A stretch of 63,460 nucleotides of DNA, the filler included. It is 4 parts of 4 records of this genome, joined end to end, with 100 filler letters (N's around TTAATTAATTAA, not from the genome) between each part and the next. Parts side by side here need not be neighbours in the genome. Positions count along the whole stretch, not along the records: positions 22,741 to 48,621 come from SRR31156797_23114; 3 more parts are not named here. One strand, 5' to 3'. Under the pieces are notes generated by a model. That model ran no database searches. It was not told where the DNA came from and saw only the letters and a list, made by a program, of their open reading frames with translations. The translations under genes and the position numbers were made by a program. Below, in pieces: positions 27,457-36,927 of this stretch (positions within the stretch are counted from its first letter, which is position 1; the number at the start of each line of letters is the position of its first letter).

Positions 27457-28665
27457 CTATCCTTTCCTCGAAACAGGGGCTCTGTCTAATTCGGGGATAT
27501 CCCATCTTCCCAGATCAAGAGGATAAACGCCGTTCTTCTTCACCAGATTGTAGACGAACTCGTAACGCTCCGCACTGACATTGCTTGGAACCGAATGATC
27601 CGACTGAACGATGAATCCCCCCCCCTTGGCGGCGTTCAGCTTTCTCATAACCTCGTCTTCCAGCTCCTCCGTAGACGCATCGGCCCATTTCATCACATTG
27701 ATATTTCCGCAGAAGGCCATATCGTGACCGAAGGTTTGGCGTTTTTCCACCACATCCATACCCGATTTAGCTTCCAGGGGGTTGTAGCAGTCAAGTCCGA
27801 TTTCGATCAGATCGGGCCAGATATCCGTAGAGTTACCGCATCCGTGGTAGATAACCGGCAATCCTTTGGAATGGCTGAAATCGATCATGGCTTTCAGCCC
27901 CGGCTTGAAGAAGCGTCTCCATGTGTCGGGAGAGAAGAGCATGCCGTTCACATAGGCCACATCCCCCCAAATCACAAATCCATCCAACATACCGCCGGCG
28001 TTCTCATACTGTGCCTTCATCACTTCAAGATTAAAGTTTGCCACCCTGTCCAGAAAGATCTGAAGCTCATCAGGGTAGAGGGCGGACCAGAGAAGAACGT
28101 TCTCACTGCCGATAATACGCCAGCCCTGCTCCATGCCTTCGCAGACCGATCCGTACACCGGAAAGTCTGCGTACAGGGATTTTATACGGTCGATCCAGGG
28201 AGGAGTATTCCGTACGATCACCTCGGAAACACCGTTGAGCTGATCATCTCCTTCCTTGAAGAAACGCCGGTCGTCCCAGGGATCGTCAAACTCGAAAGCC
28301 AGCATTTTCTCTACCGTATCGGTTTCAAACTTCTCAAAATAGGGCATCTGGGCACCCTTCTTATGGCGGACCACCGCTTCGAAGCCGGTCCGGACGATAT
28401 CCTCGTCCTCAGAGGATTTGATTATGTCAAAGGCTTTGATATGAGGGTCTAGATTGGGTGTCGCGCAGATCCAGTCAAGATCGTAGTATCTGTAAGGATC
28501 CGCGTCTTTCGCCAGTCCCAGTTCCTCTCTCCAGCGGTCGATAAAGGTGAGCCAGAAAAAGTCGCTGATCGGTACCCTATCCGCCTCTTCATGACGAAGA
28601 GTTTTATTCATTCTATCAAGCTTTCTCAAGCAATTTTCCGTTCTTTCCACAGCATCTCCTTTCAC
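27457..28665 (-). CDS. UROD/MtaA-CmuA family protein 2
   Basis: Motifs EADRVPI, IWGDVAY, IYHGCGN, NPLEAK, FCGNI, GGFIVQSDHSVP. Confidence 0.88.
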   Translation of the reverse strand: MKGDAVERTENCLRKLDRMNKTLRHEEADRVPISDFFWLTFIDRWREELGLAKDADPYRYYDLDWICATPNLDPHIKAFDIIKSSEDEDIVRTGFEAVVRHKKGAQMPYFEKFETDTVEKMLAFEFDDPWDDRRFFKEGDDQLNGVSEVIVRNTPPWIDRIKSLYADFPVYGSVCEGMEQGWRIIGSENVLLWSALYPDELQIFLDRVANFNLEVMKAQYENAGGMLDGFVIWGDVAYVNGMLFSPDTWRRFFKPGLKAMIDFSHSKGLPVIYHGCGNSTDIWPDLIEIGLDCYNPLEAKSGMDVVEKRQTFGHDMAFCGNINVMKWADASTEELEDEVMRKLNAAKGGGFIVQSDHSVPSNVSAERYEFVYNLVKKNGVYPLDLGRWDIPELDRAPVSRKG

Positions 28666-28823
28666 ATTATATCCTTACACATAAATCATTTACATAAAAA
28701 AAGAGTAACCCAATAGCAGGAGATCGACAACAGGAAAAAAAAGCGATTTGCATGTAAAAAATCAGACTGATTCGGAACGCTCTCTTTTAAAGAAAAACGT
28801 CCCGAAACCTGTACAGAGGAGCC

Positions 28824-30131
28824 CTATCTGGAGGGACTTTTTTCCACTTCTTCCATAGCGATTTTCTCCCACTCCCACAAGCGCTGGGGCTTGTAGTTGA
28901 CGGTAGAGATATCCTTCATGATCAACTCGATATGGCAGCTCCCATTGGCCTCGTCCAGAAACTCCCTGATCTGGCGCCGAGCCTCGTCGGGATCCCAGAC
29001 AGTAGTGGCGAAAACGGCAGGATTCGGTTTCCGGCTGATCACGTACTCATCCCTTATCTCAGCGATGGCTTTTTGCGTATCGTTCCAGGGACTGCAGGAG
29101 ATCTTTCGCAGATTGGGAATACGTCGCAGCTGCTCCATCTTGCCGGCCAAAGGCTCGCAGCAGCCGTAGTAGGTCAGCCCCCAGCGGGAGAGCCACTTCA
29201 TATCATGTTCAATGGCAAAATCCCAGTGCATTTCCGGAGACACATCGCTGAATATCTGAGCGTTTGAGCACCCCCACATATTGTGAGGCCTTATATGATC
29301 GGGATCCAGATCTATACCGGGCAGCGCACTGCAGTAGCCGTATCCGCCCGAGCCGATTCTCGTATTGTTACAGTCCAACTCCAGAAGGTTCATCTCATCA
29401 AACTGATCCAGCTCGGTCATCCAGGCCTGAACCATCCGCTCCACCGCATCGTGAACCATTTCCGGCCGCAGAACCAGATCCATCATGGCTTCTGAAACAC
29501 CCCACCAACGGATCAGATAGTCCCATGGGGTAAACCAGATATGGCTCTGTCCCACAAGGCGCACGGGAAGTATATCGCCCAAAAGCCCCTGCATGGTTTC
29601 ATAGCTGATCCGGGTGGCTTCCTCATTATGACTGATCACAGGCATCCTGATCTTTTGAATATCTTCGGGTTCGGCGATCTGGATCTTGAAATGACGGGAA
29701 ACGATGTCGTTATCCTCATCGGTTTTGGCTATATCCGTATCTTCCAGGATGCCGAAATCGGTGCTGTGAATCACTTTCTCACATTCGAACCAGGGATTGA
29801 CGATCATATCGCCGGGCAGATGCCGCCACTGGTAGATGATCTTACGCAGCTTATCTTCCAGAGCCCTGGCCCACTTCCCCTGACAACCCAGAGTCAGCTC
29901 TTCATCCACATTCATCTCATGCCAGGGAATCTCGTTGATCCATACCATGGGACGCTGGGACTTCAGATCGTTGAGATCGGTCCACAGGGCCGCCTTTTTC
30001 GTGTGAATCGGCTCCATGGCAATGGCGGCGTACTCCTCTCCAAGCGCTCTTAAAATATCTCTTTCATCAGGACGCAACTCTATCGCTTCAGCGACGGGAA
30101 CCGCTGATACATGACTGGGATCGTGTAACAT
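28824..30131 (-). CDS. divergent UROD-like TIM-barrel protein 3
   Basis: Motifs VSPEMHWDF, YYGCCEP, IPNLRKISCSPW, KPNP, IMKDIST. UROD-like pattern without the HxC motif. Confidence 0.65.
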   Translation of the reverse strand: MLHDPSHVSAVPVAEAIELRPDERDILRALGEEYAAIAMEPIHTKKAALWTDLNDLKSQRPMVWINEIPWHEMNVDEELTLGCQGKWARALEDKLRKIIYQWRHLPGDMIVNPWFECEKVIHSTDFGILEDTDIAKTDEDNDIVSRHFKIQIAEPEDIQKIRMPVISHNEEATRISYETMQGLLGDILPVRLVGQSHIWFTPWDYLIRWWGVSEAMMDLVLRPEMVHDAVERMVQAWMTELDQFDEMNLLELDCNNTRIGSGGYGYCSALPGIDLDPDHIRPHNMWGCSNAQIFSDVSPEMHWDFAIEHDMKWLSRWGLTYYGCCEPLAGKMEQLRRIPNLRKISCSPWNDTQKAIAEIRDEYVISRKPNPAVFATTVWDPDEARRQIREFLDEANGSCHIELIMKDISTVNYKPQRLWEWEKIAMEEVEKSPSR

Positions 30132-30178
30132 TATTCTTCTCCGTTTGCTCAACCGGCTGGCGCCGGTCTCAGATAATT

Positions 30179-30502
30179 TCAGTCGAGATGGTAAACCTCA
30201 TCCATATCGGCCCACCATTCGCCTTCGGCTCGGGTTTCAAGGGGCTGCTGCATGGGCTTCATCAAAGCCCACCACTCCTGTGTCATTGGATCGGCTGCCA
30301 TCTTGGCCATATCAGCTTCAAAGTCATTGCCCGAATACTCCATATAGGCGAAGAGAAAGCCGTCTTTATGATAGATGCTGTAGTTGGAGATATTGCACTC
30401 CCTGATCATCGCGTTTATCTCGGGCCAGGGATTGGCATGATGATACTTATACTTCTCCAGCTCTTCTTCTTTAACTCTGATAACCTGTCCGAACCGTTTC
30501 AT
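30179..30502 (-). CDS. L-rhamnose mutarotase family protein 2
   Basis: Motifs EKYKYHH..PWPEI, ISNYSIY, LFAYMEY, QEWW, EVYH. Clear paralog of 24050-24373. ATG 30502 after AAGGAGG. Confidence 0.92.
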   Translation of the reverse strand: MKRFGQVIRVKEEELEKYKYHHANPWPEINAMIRECNISNYSIYHKDGFLFAYMEYSGNDFEADMAKMAADPMTQEWWALMKPMQQPLETRAEGEWWADMDEVYHLD

Positions 30503-31613
30503 GGCCGCCCTCCTTATCATGTTTATGCTTCATTCTCAATTCGTCCGCCTCAGCCAGAAGGGCAGGACGCTCTCCTTTGCGCAGGCTCTGTCTGTACAGA
30601 ACATAAGCCTCGTAAAGGACCACGGCTCCCAGAAGAACTCCGGCCGCCAGAACCTGGGCGTCAAACCCCATTCCCATACCGATGAGTCCGTTGAAAATGG
30701 CCTGAATGGTGATGACGGCGAAGGCGGTTTTTACGACAGAGCCGCTTCCTCCTGTCATAACCGTCCCGCCGATAATAGTGGAAGCCAGAACCATCATCAG
30801 TGGACTGATGCCCCGCTCTCCGTAATTGGGTACGGCCGCATTCATGGAGCTGGCGAATAGGATCCCTCCCAGAGCGGCTGTGAATCCGGAGATTACGAAG
30901 GTCCAGATCAGTTTCCGCTCCATATCGATACCCGCCTGCCAGGCCGCCTCCCTGTTGCTTCCCACCATAAAGAGTCCCCGTCCCCAGGAAGTCTTGACAA
31001 GAAGCAGCTCAAAAAAGACCAGTACCAGAATGGTAATAACAGATCGGAAAGTAAAAAACTCCAGATATGGGAGCTTCAGAAATGGTTTCTCGATGACGTC
31101 CACCAGAAGATAACTGTTAGCGGAAATAGTATTGCCCTTGCAGTAGGTGTATACGAAACCACCCAGAGTGGTGAGCATGCCGATGGTTACGATAAAGGAG
31201 TGTACCTTCGCCTTGGCAACCAGGAGGCCGTTGATCAGTCCGAACAGGGAACCCGCCGCCAGTGCTATGGCAAAGGCTGCGATCCAGGCCCCGACGACGG
31301 CAGCCGTTCCTGCAGGCTCGCCGCCAAACAGGGCGTAAAAGCGGTTGAACTCCCCCATCACAACGACGGCACCCACATTGATAATGGCTCCGACAGACAG
31401 ATCGAAATTTCCACCGATCATGACATAGGTGAATCCAATGCCTACCATCATAAACAGCAGAGCCGTTTTCAATAAAGGAGTCACATTGGAAGAGCGGAGG
31501 AATCCCGGCGCTCCGATGGACATGATAATGACCACGATAAACAGGAATACGTATATTCTGTTATGATTCAAAGCCGCCAATAGCGAATGATTGTCTTTCT
31601 TCAGTTTAAACAT
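30471..31613 (-). CDS. sugar ABC transporter permease (RbsC type)
   Basis: Multi-TM protein with GNFDLSVG, SFIVTIG, GSNREAAWQAGI, IIGGT..GGSG. Confidence 0.93.
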   Translation of the reverse strand: MFKLKKDNHSLLAALNHNRIYVFLFIVVIIMSIGAPGFLRSSNVTPLLKTALLFMMVGIGFTYVMIGGNFDLSVGAIINVGAVVVMGEFNRFYALFGGEPAGTAAVVGAWIAAFAIALAAGSLFGLINGLLVAKAKVHSFIVTIGMLTTLGGFVYTYCKGNTISANSYLLVDVIEKPFLKLPYLEFFTFRSVITILVLVFFELLLVKTSWGRGLFMVGSNREAAWQAGIDMERKLIWTFVISGFTAALGGILFASSMNAAVPNYGERGISPLMMVLASTIIGGTVMTGGSGSVVKTAFAVITIQAIFNGLIGMGMGFDAQVLAAGVLLGAVVLYEAYVLYRQSLRKGERPALLAEADELRMKHKHDKEGGHETVRTGYQS

Positions 31614-32679
31614 AGTCCCGTCCCAGTTTCTTCAGTGATCTCGCATTGACTGCCACCACGGTAATGAAGATGGCGCCTGTAATCATTTTCTGCGTAAAGG
31701 TTCCGACTCCCATAAGGGTCAGGATATTGCTGATCAGTCCCAGAGTGAATACTCCGCCAAAGACGCCGATCATGCTTCCCCGTCCTCCGGCCAGGCTCAT
31801 TCCGCCCAGAATAATGGCCGTTACCGCCTGGAAGTCATAACCCTGTCCGATGTAAAAGGCGCCGACCTGGTTCAGGGAGGTCATAAAGATTCCTGCGATG
31901 GATGCGAAGACGGACGACATCATGAAAGCGAACATGGCGGTTCTTGTCGCGTTGATTCCCGACATCTTTCCAACCTCGAAACTGGAACCCACTACCTTGA
32001 GCTGGTTACCGAAAGTCGTCTTGCTCATAATGATGTAACCGATGATCATAACGGCAAACATTACGTAAAGGACCAGGGGAATCCCCAGAGGATATGTCGT
32101 GGCCAGTGCGTTAAAAACCTGAGCCCGGCTCACCAGATCGATATCCATGATGTGGGGATCCAGCTTGTACATCAGAGGCAGGAAGAATCCTGTGGCATAG
32201 GTCTTTTCAGTAGCCATGTCCGGATAGATCTGGGTCCCCTTATAGGACCACCTGACCAGCCCCTCCAGGATGAAGTTCATGGCCAGGGTCCAGATAATGG
32301 CGTTCACCCGCAGCTTTCCGATTACGAATCCGTTCATAAGGCCGATGATCATACCGGTGATCACCGCCGCAATGATTCCGTACCAGAGTCCGTAGCGCAT
32401 AAACTCGACGCAGATGACACCGGTGGTCGCCATGGCCATGGGGGCGGACAGGTCTCCGAACTGACCGCAGTAGATGACAAACGAGATACCTGCCGCTACG
32501 ATACCCAGATAGGAAACGGCGTTGAGTATGTTCAGTATGTTTGTGGGGCTGAGGAAGTGGGGAGATACGATCATCCCTATCAACGCCAGCACCAGAATCA
32601 TGAAAAACACTCCGAAGCGGTTTGCAATCAGAGAGAGCTGATCGTGCCCTCTTTTACTGATATTCTTAATATTCGACAC
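31606..32679 (-). CDS. sugar ABC transporter permease (RbsC type)
   Basis: Multi-TM protein with DLSA, AVTAIILGGMSLAGGRG. Probable GTG start at 32679. Confidence 0.93.
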   Translation of the reverse strand: MSNIKNISKRGHDQLSLIANRFGVFFMILVLALIGMIVSPHFLSPTNILNILNAVSYLGIVAAGISFVIYCGQFGDLSAPMAMATTGVICVEFMRYGLWYGIIAAVITGMIIGLMNGFVIGKLRVNAIIWTLAMNFILEGLVRWSYKGTQIYPDMATEKTYATGFFLPLMYKLDPHIMDIDLVSRAQVFNALATTYPLGIPLVLYVMFAVMIIGYIIMSKTTFGNQLKVVGSSFEVGKMSGINATRTAMFAFMMSSVFASIAGIFMTSLNQVGAFYIGQGYDFQAVTAIILGGMSLAGGRGSMIGVFGGVFTLGLISNILTLMGVGTFTQKMITGAIFITVVAVNARSLKKLGRDYV

Positions 32680-34192
32680 TGAAGACTCCTCTCTCTCCGT
32701 TTGCAGCCAAAAGGACTTTATTCTCATCGAAGCCGTCTTCCTTCCTCAGTTCCCCGATCAGATGTCCCTGACGCATAACAGCGACTCTGTCGGACAGGGC
32801 TACCAGTTCGGGCAGATCGGAAGACAGTACGATCACCGACATTCCCTCTGCCGCCAGTTTTACGATGGTTTCATGGATCAGCTTCTTGGCGCCCACATCC
32901 ACCCCCCGAGTGGGTTCATCAAGAATAAGCACCTTGGGCTTGGTACTCAGCCACTTGGCCAGCAGAACCTTCTGTTGGTTTCCTCCCGAAAGATTGGAAG
33001 TATTGATGGCGGGATCAACGGGGACGATGGTCAGTTTTTCATAGAGATCCTCAAGAACGGGATCACCCTTCTTGGGCTGGAAGAAGAATAATTTCGAAAG
33101 CCTGGGAATGATGGAGGACAAAATATTGTCTCTGTTGGTAAGTCTGAGGGCGAGGCCTTCCGTTTTTCTGTTTTCAGACAGATAGGCAATTCCCTTATTC
33201 AGCATCTGGGCCATGTCTTTTACAACGACCTCTTCTCCATCCAGAATGAGTTTGCCGTGGTCCACCTTGTCAGCTCCGCAGAGACAGCGGCCCAGTTCGG
33301 TGCGGCCGGATCCAGCCAGACCGACGACTCCCAGAATCTCCCCCTGGTAGAGCTCGAAGTTAATGTCATGTACGAAACCGTAGTGGGTTAAATCTTCAGT
33401 TTTAAGTACGACATCGTTACAGTCGCTCCCGAGGCAGTCCCGGGCAAAGTCATCGATCTTCTCGCCGATCATCATCTCGACCAGAGATTCCTTGTTTACA
33501 TCTTGAATATCACAGGTATCGATCTTTTTACCGTCCCGCATGACCGTAACCCGGTCGGCCACTTCGAAAATTTCGGGAAGATGGTGTGAGATATAAACAA
33601 TGGCCACGCCCTCTTTCTTGATCTCCCTGATAATATGAAAAAGCATATCGACTTCTTTGCTGGAGAGGGCGGAGCTAGGCTCATCCATGACCAGAATCCT
33701 GGGATTGCTATTCAGAACCTTGGCCATCTCTATCAGCTGAGACTCATGCTGCGAAATCTCTCTCATCATCATTCCGGGATCAATGACCTTATCCAGTTTT
33801 ACCTTTGCCAGAGATTCGACAGTCTGCTTCCTGAGGGCTTCCTGATCGACAAACAGGCCCTTCACGGGAATGTTGCCGGCAAACATATTCTCTTCCACAC
33901 TTCGGTTATAGGCGATACTCAGCTCCTGATACACCATTCCCACACCCTCTTCCTTCGCCTGGAGAGGGGAACTGAGATGAACCTTCTTACCGCCGATCTG
34001 GATTTCTCCCGTATAGTCGGGATAGGAGCCGGCCAGAATCTTCATCAACGTCGATTTCCCCGCACCGTTCTCACCCATCAGAGCATGAACCTCTCCTTCC
34101 CGGACTTCAAGGCTGACCTTGTCTACAGCCAGGGTACCGGGGAATCTCTTACTGACCTGGCTCATCCGTAATGCTATGGCCGCTTCACCCAC
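32666..34192 (-). CDS. sugar ABC transporter ATP-binding protein (RbsA type, two NBDs)
   Basis: Motifs GENGAGKST, VMDEP, LSGGNQQK, LILDEPTRGVDVGAK. Probable GTG start at 34192. Confidence 0.96.
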   Translation of the reverse strand: MGEAAIALRMSQVSKRFPGTLAVDKVSLEVREGEVHALMGENGAGKSTLMKILAGSYPDYTGEIQIGGKKVHLSSPLQAKEEGVGMVYQELSIAYNRSVEENMFAGNIPVKGLFVDQEALRKQTVESLAKVKLDKVIDPGMMMREISQHESQLIEMAKVLNSNPRILVMDEPSSALSSKEVDMLFHIIREIKKEGVAIVYISHHLPEIFEVADRVTVMRDGKKIDTCDIQDVNKESLVEMMIGEKIDDFARDCLGSDCNDVVLKTEDLTHYGFVHDINFELYQGEILGVVGLAGSGRTELGRCLCGADKVDHGKLILDGEEVVVKDMAQMLNKGIAYLSENRKTEGLALRLTNRDNILSSIIPRLSKLFFFQPKKGDPVLEDLYEKLTIVPVDPAINTSNLSGGNQQKVLLAKWLSTKPKVLILDEPTRGVDVGAKKLIHETIVKLAAEGMSVIVLSSDLPELVALSDRVAVMRQGHLIGELRKEDGFDENKVLLAANGERGVFSVEY

Positions 34193-34291
34193 TGTATTTC
34201 TCCTGTTTTCAAAACCTCCCCGAGGGGAGGCATATTTCATGCTTTCTTACATAGGAGGCGCTCATTCAGAAAGGAGCGCTCCCAAAGGCTT

Positions 34292-35470
34292 TTACCACTG
34301 GGCGGGCATAAAATCGTCTACATTGCCGGGAGTGATAACGGCCTGGGGCAGGTAGTAAGCCGCATTGGGTCCCAGGTCAACACCGTTGAAGTAGTCGGCG
34401 GCGACCTTTACGGGAACGGCTCCGTCAGCCTCAGCGGACTGGAAAGTTATCGCATCGATCTTACCGGCCTTGACCAGGTCCATTCCGACCTTGGAGTTTC
34501 CGGCTGCGATAACGTAAACATCATCTCTTCCGGCTTCTTCGAGAGCCTGGGTGACACCGAGCCCCTGTGCGGAGTCATCCGATACAACGATACAGGTCAG
34601 ATCATCACCGAACCGGGTCAGCCAATCGGCTACGACCTGCTTGGTCTTGGGAGCGTCAAACCCGGGAGACTGGATGTCCAGGGTCTTCATATCGGGATAG
34701 TGCTCTTCATAGTATTTCACAACGTTGGTGGTTCTGGCGAAGTAGGGCGAGCCTCCGGGGATATGAGTGATATATCCGACGCCGGCTTTACCGCCCACAT
34801 CCTGAGCCATATGCTCGGCAAGCATCTTGAACTGACCGAAGTCGTCGGGTGCGGTGATGGCCAGAACATATCTCATGGCGTCATCGTTAGGGATCATATT
34901 GTAAGCGATGGCGGGGATTCCGGCATCATAGAGCTTCTTGAACTGCTGAACTCCGGCCTTGGCATCCAGGGTTGCCAAAAGTACCATATCGGCCTTTTCG
35001 GCAATGGCTCTGTCTACATACTGGTTCTGCTGGTTTAGGTCTCCATTGGGATTCCACATCTCGAATTCGGCCTGATAGGCTTCACAGGCTATCCGGGAGC
35101 CGTTGGCAACGGCTGTCCAGTAAGGATGCTCGGACTGCATGATCATGATGATTTTCTTACCGATAACACCATCTCCGGGCGAGGGGATCATATCGACCTT
35201 CCTGGTCTGACGTCCGGCATATTCAAGCTTCCACATATCCAGTTCCTCGGCATCCGCAGGCTTGGCGGGAACGGGTCTGGTTTCACCGTAGATAAGAAGC
35301 AACTGACCGTCGCTTCCTCGAACATTGGAGATATCGATAGCCCTGGAGGCCTGCAGATTCGCCTTGGAGGCAGCGGCATCTTCGGGAGATGCGGTTTCCT
35401 GTTGTCCGGCAGCGAATGCCGTTCCCAGTACCAGAACGGACATCAGTAAGATGGTGGCTAATTTCTTCAT
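34292..35470 (-). CDS. sugar ABC transporter substrate-binding protein
   Basis: Signal peptide ending in the spirochaete-style ...AFAAGQQE, followed by an RbsB-like domain. Confidence 0.93.
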   Translation of the reverse strand: MKKLATILLMSVLVLGTAFAAGQQETASPEDAAASKANLQASRAIDISNVRGSDGQLLLIYGETRPVPAKPADAEELDMWKLEYAGRQTRKVDMIPSPGDGVIGKKIIMIMQSEHPYWTAVANGSRIACEAYQAEFEMWNPNGDLNQQNQYVDRAIAEKADMVLLATLDAKAGVQQFKKLYDAGIPAIAYNMIPNDDAMRYVLAITAPDDFGQFKMLAEHMAQDVGGKAGVGYITHIPGGSPYFARTTNVVKYYEEHYPDMKTLDIQSPGFDAPKTKQVVADWLTRFGDDLTCIVVSDDSAQGLGVTQALEEAGRDDVYVIAAGNSKVGMDLVKAGKIDAITFQSAEADGAVPVKVAADYFNGVDLGPNAAYYLPQAVITPGNVDDFMPAQW

Positions 35471-35636
35471 AGTTCAGACTCCTTTTTGTATCCTTTCAAG
35501 GCCTTACGCCTCGAATTGAAATTGTAAAAAAGAACGAAAAATTGTTATTTTCCGCCCCTCGACGTAATCAGATTAAATCTGTATTAGAACACCTGCAACA
35601 GGACAAATTACGCATAGAACTGGAATAATTTCGAAA

Positions 35637-36698
35637 TTATTTGATCCGTTCATAATCTCCCCACTCATCCACAGCGGCAAACATGGCCAGTACATTCTCC
35701 ACGGGGGTCTCCTCCAAAATGGTATCATGACTGGCTCCGGCAATATAGGATCCTCCCTGAGCCATGATATTCAGAAGCCCCGAAGTACGGGCTTTCACCT
35801 CTTTTGGTGTGGTTCCGCGGATTAATATATGGTGGGAATCTATGGCTCCGTTCAGCACGATATAATCACCGAAATCACGGGCAATGGAGGCCGGTTCCAT
35901 ACCATGACAGTCCGGTTGTAAGGCATGCAGACCGTCCAGCCCTATCTCAATCAGAACGGGAATCAATGGTCTATAGCCACCGCAGCAGTGAAGCATGACC
36001 TTGAGACCGTAACGCTGTCCCAGGTCCGTCAGACGCCTGAAAGAGGGAAGAAGAAACTCCCGGAACTGCTCCACTCCCAGAAGAGGACCGGACTGGCTCC
36101 CCAGATCGTTCCCGATAAAGAAGATATCCATAAGGTCCCCTGCCTCTTCAAAAGCTCTTCTGCTGGCCTCAATATAGAAATCAGTAATCCTTTCAAACAG
36201 TGCGGAAGCCACATCGGGAAAATCATACATCAGATAATAAAGCTCCTCGTGTCCGATAAGATCGATCGCATCGTGCCAGAAGGGAGACCATTCACCTCCC
36301 ATAATGGCAAACTCTCCTCCGTAGACAGAAATACGACGGCGCAGATCAGAAATATCTGCGTATTCCGGATCCGGCCAGGGGTAGGCATCAAGTTCATCCA
36401 GCGAACTGATTCCCTGAAGGGGGTGCTGCAGAGGCATCCCAAATCCTATGCCCGAACGCTCCACACCGAAAGGACTACGCCAGCTTACCCCTTTGCCCAA
36501 AGGCTTCTCCATGTTCTTGTATGTAGCGCGAACCACCCTGAAATCATCTTTTACATAACGCCTGACCCCTTCCTCATCCAGACCGAGATAGCTCTGCATC
36601 TTAGCACTGAAGCCATCAGACATCCCCAGCCATCGGGGCATTCTGTCAGGTTTCATCTGTTTATCGAAAACGGCTGCTACACGCTCTTTTGAAGTCAT
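35637..36698 (-). CDS. UROD/MtaA-CmuA family protein 4
   Basis: Motifs MTSKERV...PDRMP, YPWPDP, IGNDLGSQ, MLHCCGG, NGAID, GASHD...TPVENV. ATG 36698 after AGGAGG. Confidence 0.88.
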   Translation of the reverse strand: MTSKERVAAVFDKQMKPDRMPRWLGMSDGFSAKMQSYLGLDEEGVRRYVKDDFRVVRATYKNMEKPLGKGVSWRSPFGVERSGIGFGMPLQHPLQGISSLDELDAYPWPDPEYADISDLRRRISVYGGEFAIMGGEWSPFWHDAIDLIGHEELYYLMYDFPDVASALFERITDFYIEASRRAFEEAGDLMDIFFIGNDLGSQSGPLLGVEQFREFLLPSFRRLTDLGQRYGLKVMLHCCGGYRPLIPVLIEIGLDGLHALQPDCHGMEPASIARDFGDYIVLNGAIDSHHILIRGTTPKEVKARTSGLLNIMAQGGSYIAGASHDTILEETPVENVLAMFAAVDEWGDYERIK

Positions 36699-36927
36699 AT
36701 TCGGCCTCCTGTCTGTTAGAGAACTGCTCACTCATGGACAGGATAGCACTGCTTCAGAAGGATATAAATTGTAAGAATTATTGATTTATGTGAAATAAAT
36801 ATGGAAAAACAGAATCATTCGCCAGAGTGTCCTCCGGCTCTGAGCTGCTGAAAGACACAGTCCGAGGCTGATCGCAACCTCCACTCAGCTGCGCAGACGG
36901 ACAGTCACGGCCCTCATTAATCATGAG

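Noticed and set aside
26183-27505. 440-aa antisense ORF and similar long antisense ORFs (23125-24039, 27595-28452, 52879-53784)
   Set aside because: Shadow frames of well-supported genes on the opposite strand.
22792-36698. Calling the URO-D-like genes hemE
   Set aside because: Four divergent copies, HxC metal motifs, sugar context and no tetrapyrrole genes argue against true uroporphyrinogen decarboxylase.
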